Of a DNA stretch of 64,000 bases, positions 58,108-64,000 are shown in pieces. The notes under the pieces are model-generated. The model saw only the letters and a program-made list of their open reading frames with translations. It did no database searches and was not told where the DNA came from. The position numbers and the translations under genes are program-made. Within the stretch, counting starts at the first letter, position 1, and every line of letters starts with the position of its first letter. The DNA comes from Bacillota bacterium (GTDB lineage: Bacteria > Bacillota > Sulfobacillia > JACIYH01). The stretch is from assembly GCA_014360055.1 (NCBI GenBank), contig JACIYH010000002.1, positions 38,673 through 102,672 on the forward strand, in the 5' to 3' direction.

Positions 58108-58458
58108 GTGCAGGTACTGGTGGCCTTCCTGGTCGGGGGCTGCCTGTGCGCCCTCGCCCAACTGGTGCTGGACATCGCCAAACTCCAGCCCGCCCACGTC
58201 ATGGTGCTCTTCGTCACCCTGGGCGCCGTGGCCAGCGGGTTAGGGCTGTACGGTTCCCTGGTACGGGTGGCAGGCGCGGGCGCCAGCATCCCGCTGGCAG
58301 GGTTCGGCCACGTGCTGGTACAGGGTATCGCCGAGGACGTAGCCACCAGGGGCGCCATCGGCCTGTTCACGGGCGGGTTCCGGGCTGCCTCTCTGGCCCT
58401 CAGCGCTGCGGTATTCTTCGCCTGGCTGATGAGCGTGCTGTTCAACCCCCGGGGTTAG
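58108..58458 (+). CDS. spoVAE: stage V sporulation protein AE (SpoVAEB-type membrane protein)
   Basis: 116 aa; MQVLVAFLVGGCLCALAQLVLDIAKL... Confidence 0.88.
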   Translation: MQVLVAFLVGGCLCALAQLVLDIAKLQPAHVMVLFVTLGAVASGLGLYGSLVRVAGAGASIPLAGFGHVLVQGIAEDVATRGAIGLFTGGFRAASLALSAAVFFAWLMSVLFNPRG

Positions 58459-58461
58459 GGG

Positions 58462-59940
58462 ATGGACAGGGAGCAAAGGCTGGCGCGCAAGCTGGAAGAT
58501 AACCTCAAGGTCCTGGAGGGGGAACTGGGGGTCGGGGTGAGCTTCGACATCCTGGCCCGGCGGCTCAACATCGCGGGCCGGGATGCCGCCCTGCTGGGCG
58601 TGGACGGCCTGGTCAACGACGCCGTCCTCACCAACATCCTGCGCACCATGCTGCGCCTCAAGCGGGAGGACCTCACCCCCGACGCCATGCGTTCCCTCTT
58701 CCAGGAAGGAATTCCCCACATCGAGGTAAACGCCGTCACCACCTACGGTGCGGTGATCGACCAGGTACTGAGTGGCCCGGTGGTACTGCTGGTGGACGGC
58801 CTGGACACCGCTTTCGCCATTGACGTGCGTACCTACCCGGCCCGCAGCCCCCAGGAGCCGCAGCTGGAGCGGGTGCTCAGGGGTTCGCGGGACGGATTCG
58901 TGGAAACCCTGGTCTTCAACACCGCCCTCATCCGGCGGCGCATCCGCGACCCCCGCCTGCGGGTGGAGCGCTTCCAGGTGGGGCGTCGCTCAAAGACGGA
59001 CGTGGTACTGGTCTACCTTCAGGACGTGGCCAATCCCAAACTGGTAGCCCAGGTACGCGACCAGTTGAAGGAGATCCAGGTGGACGCCATCCCCATGGCG
59101 GAAAAGAGCGTGGAGGAGTACCTGCAGTCCCGGCCCGCACAGTGGTGGAATCCCTTTCCCCTGGTGCGGTACACGGAGCGCCCCGACGTGGCTGCCGTGC
59201 ACCTCTTCGAGGGACACCTGGTGATCCTGGTGGACACTTCTCCGTCCGCCATGATCCTGCCCGTGACCTTTTTCCACCACATCCAGCACGCGGAGGAGTA
59301 CCGGGAAGACGTCTCCGTGGGCACCTACCTGCGCCTGATCCGCTTCCTGGGAATCATGCTCGCGTGGGTGGGACCGCCCCTGTGGGTGGCTCTGGTTCTC
59401 AGCAAGGATCTCCTTCCACCCGCCTGGCAGTTCCTGGGACCCAAGAAACCGGGTACGGTGCCGCTCCCCCTGCAGTTCTTCATCGGGGAAATGGTACTCG
59501 ACCTGGTGCGCCTGGCCCTCATCCATACCCCCGAGCCTGTGTCCACCGCCCTGGGCTTCATCGGTACCGTCCTGCTCGGCCAGATCGCCGCCGAGGTGGG
59601 CCTGCTGGCCAGCGAGACCGTGCTATACGTGGCCCTGGCCGCCCTGGGCGGCTTTGCCACCCCCAGCATGGAGTTCGCCATGGCCGTGCGCCTGATGCGC
59701 CTCCTCCTGCTCGTGGCGACCGCCTTCTTCCGCATTTGGGGGGTGGCGGTGCTGTTCTTCCTCCAGTTTGTCTTCCTCGGGTTCACTCGCTCCTTCGGCG
59801 TCCCCTACCTGTGGCCGCTCATCCCGCCGGATTGGGGCGCCTTCAAGGCGGTCACCCTGCGCCTGCCCACGCCCGCTCGCCACGTGAGGCCGTCCATCCT
59901 GAAGCCCAAAGAGAAAAAGACGTCCCGCCGGCGCGGGTGA
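58462..59940 (+). CDS. spoVAF: spore germination protein, GerA-family A subunit / SpoVAF
   Basis: 492 aa; soluble N-terminal domain plus C-terminal TM bundle; GerAA family pattern. Confidence 0.88.
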   Translation: MDREQRLARKLEDNLKVLEGELGVGVSFDILARRLNIAGRDAALLGVDGLVNDAVLTNILRTMLRLKREDLTPDAMRSLFQEGIPHIEVNAVTTYGAVIDQVLSGPVVLLVDGLDTAFAIDVRTYPARSPQEPQLERVLRGSRDGFVETLVFNTALIRRRIRDPRLRVERFQVGRRSKTDVVLVYLQDVANPKLVAQVRDQLKEIQVDAIPMAEKSVEEYLQSRPAQWWNPFPLVRYTERPDVAAVHLFEGHLVILVDTSPSAMILPVTFFHHIQHAEEYREDVSVGTYLRLIRFLGIMLAWVGPPLWVALVLSKDLLPPAWQFLGPKKPGTVPLPLQFFIGEMVLDLVRLALIHTPEPVSTALGFIGTVLLGQIAAEVGLLASETVLYVALAALGGFATPSMEFAMAVRLMRLLLLVATAFFRIWGVAVLFFLQFVFLGFTRSFGVPYLWPLIPPDWGAFKAVTLRLPTPARHVRPSILKPKEKKTSRRRG

Positions 59941-60024
59941 GACGCCTGCCGCGGCGGTGGAGTTGGGGGCCCGCCCGGTGTCTGCATCAGGGCGGCGTGG
60001 CAACTGGCATGGAAAATACTGGGG

Positions 60025-60053
60025 TTGACGGGGCGTCCTGCGTGTGCTACTAT
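60025..60053 (+). promoter_or_regulatory. sigma-A promoter for lysA (TTGACG-N17-TACTAT with TGn extended -10)
   Basis: Seen directly; lies immediately upstream of the lysine riboswitch. Confidence 0.55.
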
Positions 60054-60077
60054 ATGTTCCAATAGGGCCTCATCTCC

Positions 60078-60268
60078 TCTGGAGGTGAGGTAGAGGCGCG
60101 GTGGGCCATGAGTACCGCCGGGGAGCCCGGCAGGCTGTGATCCGGGGGAAAGGGGCCGCCGCCGAAGTCGCGGGAAGGCCGCTTCCTGCGGCTGGGGTTG
60201 CACCGAACAGGTGCAGCACTGTCACCGGTTGACGTCCCCTGATCACCGGTGGAGCGCTATCTCACGCC
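60078..60268 (+). ncRNA. lysine riboswitch (L-box) controlling lysA, followed by an anti-Shine-Dalgarno hairpin
   Basis: GTAGAGGCGC, GGGGGAAAGGGGCCGCCGCCGAAG, GCACTGTCACCGG, GGTGGAGCGCTATC match the L-box core; downstream CCTTCCTCCC can pair with the GGGGGAAGG RBS of lysA. Confidence 0.85.
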
Positions 60269-60326
60269 AGGGGAGCAGGGTCACCTTTGGGTGCCTTCCT
60301 CCCTTGCCGTGAAGGGGGAAGGTGCT

Positions 60327-61655
60327 TTGCATTTGGGAGAGGTTACGCAGGTAAACTCTCGCGGCTGCCTGGAGATAGGCGGCTGTGAGGCACCGGAGCT
60401 GGCAGGCCGTTACGGCACGCCCCTGTACGTTTACGATGAGGGGGAGATACGCGGGCGGTGCCGTAGCTGGCAGGGTGCCATGCAGCGTTTCTGGCCCGGC
60501 GGGGAGGTCGTTTACGCGGGCAAGGCTTTCCTCACCATGGCCATGGCCGCCCTAGTCCGGCAGGAGGGCCTGGGGCTGGACGTCTGCTCGGGTGGGGAAC
60601 TGTGGACCGCCCTGGCAGCGGGGTTTCCGGCCTCCCGGGTGTATTTCCAGGGCAACGGCAAGTCGCCCGAGGAGTTGCAGCTGGCCGTGGAGAGCGGAGT
60701 GGGGCGGGTGGTGGTGGACAACCACGAGGAACTGGCCCGGCTGGGTCTCCTCTGCACCCGCCTGCAGCGCCGGGCACGCGTGCTGCTGCGCTTTGCACCC
60801 GGGGTGGAGGCGGGTGCCCACGACCACCTGAGCACGGGCACCGTGTACTCCAAGTTCGGTTTCCTGCCCGGCCCCGACCTGGAGCGGGCGGTGCACACCA
60901 CCCGGGAGTCGTCCGGCCTGGAACTGGTGGGTTTGGCCTGCCACGTGGGGTCGCAGATCCCAGACCCGGCACCTTTCTGTGAGGCGGCCCGGGCGGCGGC
61001 GCAGGTGGCGGCCGAGGTGGCGGGTGCCTTCCCCTGGGCGGATGGTTGGGAACTGGACCTGGGGGGCGGGCTGGGTGCACGCTACACCGAGGATGACAAC
61101 CCGGTGGCCCCCTCGCGGTTGCTGGAGGAGGTGGCCGCCCACCTCCGGGAAGCCTGCCGCCACCGGGGTTTACCCCTGCCCCGGCTGGTGGTGGAGCCCG
61201 GACGGTCCATCGTGGCGGAGGCAGCGGTGGCCCTTTACACGGTGCTGGCAGTAAAGCACGTTCCCGGAAGGTCTTACGTGGTGGTGGACGGCGGCCTCCA
61301 TGACAACCCGCGGCCGGCCCTGTACGGGGCCCGCTACCGGGCGTGCCTGGCGGAACGCCCCCACGCCCGCCCGGAGGGCGCCTTCTGGGTGGTGGGCAAG
61401 AACTGCGAGTCGGGCGACGTGCTCGCCCGTGATGTCCCCCTGCCCCTGCCGCGGGCCGGTGAGGTGCTGGCCGTGTTCACCGCGGGAGCCTACCAGTTTG
61501 CCATGGCCTCCAATTACAATCGCCTGCCCCGCCCGGCCGTGGTGTTCGCCCACGGGGGACGGGCCGAACTGGTGGTGGCCCGGGAAACTTACGGTGACTT
61601 GGTGGCACGCGACCGCCTGCCCGGTCGCATGGAGGTTGCGGCCGCCAGCACCTGA
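60327..61655 (+). CDS. lysA: diaminopimelate decarboxylase
   Basis: TTG 60327 6 nt after GGGGGAAGG; ...NSRGCLEIGGCEAPELAGRYGTPLYVYDE... aligns with B. subtilis LysA; in-frame part of ORF 60249..61655. Confidence 0.93.
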   Translation: MHLGEVTQVNSRGCLEIGGCEAPELAGRYGTPLYVYDEGEIRGRCRSWQGAMQRFWPGGEVVYAGKAFLTMAMAALVRQEGLGLDVCSGGELWTALAAGFPASRVYFQGNGKSPEELQLAVESGVGRVVVDNHEELARLGLLCTRLQRRARVLLRFAPGVEAGAHDHLSTGTVYSKFGFLPGPDLERAVHTTRESSGLELVGLACHVGSQIPDPAPFCEAARAAAQVAAEVAGAFPWADGWELDLGGGLGARYTEDDNPVAPSRLLEEVAAHLREACRHRGLPLPRLVVEPGRSIVAEAAVALYTVLAVKHVPGRSYVVVDGGLHDNPRPALYGARYRACLAERPHARPEGAFWVVGKNCESGDVLARDVPLPLPRAGEVLAVFTAGAYQFAMASNYNRLPRPAVVFAHGGRAELVVARETYGDLVARDRLPGRMEVAAAST

Positions 61656-61683
61656 ACGTCTTTCCCATACACCCCTCCTCATA

Positions 61684-61712
61684 CCCCGTCGCGCCTGCGA
61701 CGGGGTCTTTTT
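61684..61712 (+). terminator. rho-independent terminator after lysA
   Basis: CCCCGTCGC gcct GCGACGGGG followed by TCTTTTT. Confidence 0.85.
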
Positions 61713-61734
61713 CGGGGCGGGTTTGTGTGATACT

Positions 61735-61992
61735 ATGGGACCCAGTGAGCGGGGGGGAGTGGACGGGTTGGATCAGGAAAAGATGGTGGGGGACGAGAAG
61801 TTCCTGTTGCTGGACATCGCGTGCGCCCGCTTCGGTCTCCGCCGCAAGCAACTCTTGCAGATCTGCCGGGCCGCCAAGGTGCGCCGCTTCGAGGAACCCG
61901 TGGGACCGGGGCAGGCAGGGAAGCCGCCCACTGCCACCTACGTGAGCGAGTCCGACCTGCGGCGCGCCCTCGAGGGCGGCGGGGAGGGTTAA
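61735..61992 (+). CDS. small hypothetical protein with possible HTH (85 aa; start could be ATG 61783)
   Basis: In-frame tail of ORF 61300..61992: MGPSERGGVDGLDQEKMVGDEKFLLLDIACARFGLRRKQLLQICRAAKVRRFE... Confidence 0.35.
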   Translation: MGPSERGGVDGLDQEKMVGDEKFLLLDIACARFGLRRKQLLQICRAAKVRRFEEPVGPGQAGKPPTATYVSESDLRRALEGGGEG

Positions 61993-61993
61993 G

Positions 61994-62593
61994 TTGTTCG
62001 ATATCTCTCTCATCGTGGGCTTGCCCGCCCTGCTCCTGGCCATATCCGGGCACGAGTACGCGCACGCCCTGGTGGCCGACAGCCTGGGAGACCCCACGCC
62101 GCGCCGCATGGGCCGGCTGACGCTCAATCCCCTGGCCCACCTCGACCCGGTGGGGATCCTGTGTCTCTGGCTCCTGCGCTTCGGCTGGGCCCGGCCGGTA
62201 CAGGTCAACCCCTACTTCTTCCGGGGGAACCGCAGCACGGGACTGCTCCTGGTGGCCCTGGCGGGGCCGGCGGCCAACCTGGTGATGGCCTGGCTGGGTG
62301 TCGCCGCCACCAAGGCGCTGGGCCTGTCCCTCGGGATGGGGGCGTTGCTCCTGCGCACATTTGTCGTATACAACGTGGGCCTGGCCGTGTTCAACCTCAT
62401 CCCCGTGCCGCCCCTGGACGGGTGGCGGGTGCTGGAGAGGTTCGCCCGCGGGGAGTGGGTGGAGACGGCAGAGAGGTACGGCTGGGTATTGCTGCTGGTG
62501 CTGCTGGCCAGCGGGGCCATCGGCCACCTCATGGGTCCCCTGGTTGGCGTCGTCTACCGCCTGCTGGACACCCTGACCTTTTTCCTGGGATAG
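61994..62593 (+). CDS. site-2 protease family (peptidase M50) membrane metalloprotease
   Basis: HEYAHA (HExxH) in a TM segment, NLIPVPPLDG motif; TTG start after GGGGAGGG. Confidence 0.85.
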   Translation: MFDISLIVGLPALLLAISGHEYAHALVADSLGDPTPRRMGRLTLNPLAHLDPVGILCLWLLRFGWARPVQVNPYFFRGNRSTGLLLVALAGPAANLVMAWLGVAATKALGLSLGMGALLLRTFVVYNVGLAVFNLIPVPPLDGWRVLERFARGEWVETAERYGWVLLLVLLASGAIGHLMGPLVGVVYRLLDTLTFFLG

Positions 62594-62621
62594 GGGCGGG
62601 CCGTGCCGGCCCGCCGGGGAG

Positions 62622-63611
62622 GTGAAGCGCGTGCGCATACTGAGCGGGATGCGTCCTACGGGGAAACTCCACCTGGGGAACCTGGTGGGGGCATTGCAAA
62701 ACTGGCTGCGCCTGCAGGAAGAACACCAGTGCTTCTTTCTGGTGGCGGACTGGCACGCCCTCACCACCGGCTACGCCGACACCTCCGCCCTGGCGGCCAA
62801 CGTGCGGGAAGTGGTGCTCGACTACCTGGCCGCAGGACTCGATCCGGCCCGCTCGGTGATCTTCGTGCAGTCCCACGTGGCGGAGCACGCCGAACTGAGC
62901 CTGCTCTTCTCCATGATCACGCCCATCGGCTGGCTGGAGCGGGTTCCCACCTACAAGCAGCAGATGCAGGAGATGCCCGACCGGGACCTCTCCACCCACG
63001 GTTTTCTCGGCTACCCCGTACTGCAGGCAGCTGACATCCTCATCTACAAGGCCGAAGGCGTGCCGGTGGGGGAGGACCAGGTGCCCCACGTGGAGTTGAC
63101 CCGGGAGATCGCCCGCCGCTTCAACCATTTCTACGGGCCCGTCTTCCCGGAACCCCAGGCCCTGCTCAACGTGGTGAAGGTGCTGCCCGGCATCGACGGC
63201 AGGAAGATGTCCAAGTCGTACGGGAACCAGATTAACATCGCCGACCCGCCCGAGGAAATCCGTCGCAAGGTGGCCCAGATGGTCACCGACCCCACCCGCA
63301 TCTACCGCCGGGACCCCGGGCACCCGGAGGAGTGCTCGGTGCACATGTTCTACCGGGTGTTCGCCCCCGAGGTGCAGGACGAGCGGGCCGAGGCCTGCCG
63401 CCAAGCCGCGCGCGGGTGTGTGGAGTGCAAGCGGCTGCTGGGCGACGCCCTGGTGGAGTGGCTGGCCCCCCTGCAGGAGCGGCGCCGCTACTTCGAGGCG
63501 CGCCCCGGCGAGGTGGGGGAGATGCTGCGCGAGGGAGCCGATCGCGCCCGGGAGGTGGCCAGGCTCACCATGGAGGAAGCGCGCCGGGCCGTGGGTATGT
63601 TCCACGCATGA
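62622..63611 (+). CDS. trpS: tryptophan--tRNA ligase
   Basis: 329 aa; HLGN (HIGH) and KMSKS motifs. Confidence 0.95.
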   Translation: MKRVRILSGMRPTGKLHLGNLVGALQNWLRLQEEHQCFFLVADWHALTTGYADTSALAANVREVVLDYLAAGLDPARSVIFVQSHVAEHAELSLLFSMITPIGWLERVPTYKQQMQEMPDRDLSTHGFLGYPVLQAADILIYKAEGVPVGEDQVPHVELTREIARRFNHFYGPVFPEPQALLNVVKVLPGIDGRKMSKSYGNQINIADPPEEIRRKVAQMVTDPTRIYRRDPGHPEECSVHMFYRVFAPEVQDERAEACRQAARGCVECKRLLGDALVEWLAPLQERRRYFEARPGEVGEMLREGADRAREVARLTMEEARRAVGMFHA

Positions 63612-64000
63612 GCTACGCGGTACGCCTGCCCGTGTTCGAAGGTCCCCTGGATCTCCTGCTCTACCTGGTGGAGGCCAATCGGGTGGACGTCTACGACATC
63701 CCGGTGGCCGAAATCGCCGATCAGTACCTGCAGTACCTGGCCGCCCTGTCCGCCATCGACCTGGACGCGGCGGCCGAGTTTGTGCTCATGGCAGCCACCC
63801 TGCTGGAGATCAAGGCCCGCCTGTTGCTGCCGCGCCCTCCCCTGTCCCCGGAAGCGGAGGAGCCTGACCCCCGCCGGGAACTGGTCGAGAGGCTGGTGGT
63901 GTACCGGCAGTTCAAGCGGGCGGCGGCCCACCTGGCAGAACTGATGGAACGCCAGGCTCGCTGTTTCCCCCGCGGGGGCAGGGTGCCCCCCGGGGAGCCC
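63608..64000 (+). CDS. scpA: segregation and condensation protein A, 3' end outside window
   Basis: MSYAVRLPVFEGPLDLLLYLVEANRVDVYDIPVAEIADQYLQYL...; ATG overlaps the trpS stop. Confidence 0.88.
   Translation, partial: MSYAVRLPVFEGPLDLLLYLVEANRVDVYDIPVAEIADQYLQYLAALSAIDLDAAAEFVLMAATLLEIKARLLLPRPPLSPEAEEPDPRRELVERLVVYRQFKRAAAHLAELMERQARCFPRGGRVPPGEP

Noticed and set aside
62594-62621. T-box leader expected upstream of trpS
   Set aside because: Only 28 nt separate trpS from the upstream M50 gene, leaving no room for a T-box. trpS is probably co-transcribed.

Overview
High-GC (about 70% G+C) chromosomal segment from an endospore-forming Firmicute. Almost every credible gene is on the + strand. 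Gene content and order resemble two Bacillus subtilis sporulation neighbourhoods joined together: yqhT-efp-spoIIIAA..AH-accC-asp23-nusB-folD-xseAB-ispA-dxs-nadK-argR-recN-spoIVB-spo0A, followed by spoIIM-ald-xerD-deoB-dacF-spoIIAA/AB-sigF-spoVA-lysA-scpA. The window starts in an ABC transporter, followed by a glycine-riboswitch-controlled gcvT-gcvH-gcvPA-gcvPB operon. That operon runs straight into two radical-SAM genes, a LipM/LplA-family gene and lpdA. I read this as a glycine-cleavage/lipoylation supra-operon with a candidate two-subunit (LipS1/LipS2-like) lipoyl synthase; no canonical lipA is in the window. Other departures from the Bacillus layout: (1) a TsaD/Kae1-family gene and nfnAB lie between nusB and folD. 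(2) Tandem Leu/Val-dehydrogenase paralogs, an unassigned P-loop NTPase and a 2-oxoacid:ferredoxin oxidoreductase (delta, alpha, beta and gamma subunits) follow spo0A where Bacillus has the bkd operon. (3) motAB lies between dacF and spoIIAA. (4) A dodecin gene lies between sigF and spoVAC. (5) A Fur/PerR-rubrerythrin pair and an oppositely oriented cyclic-2,3-diphosphoglycerate-synthetase-like gene split the spoVA genes between spoVAD and spoVAE. A lysine riboswitch with an anti-Shine-Dalgarno hairpin precedes lysA. The ferredoxin (delta) gene of the oxidoreductase has no canonical start codon; ACG follows a perfect Shine-Dalgarno sequence. I found no rRNA or tRNA genes, CRISPR arrays or mobile elements. 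Most long ORFs on the minus strand and in overlapping frames are high-GC artefacts.
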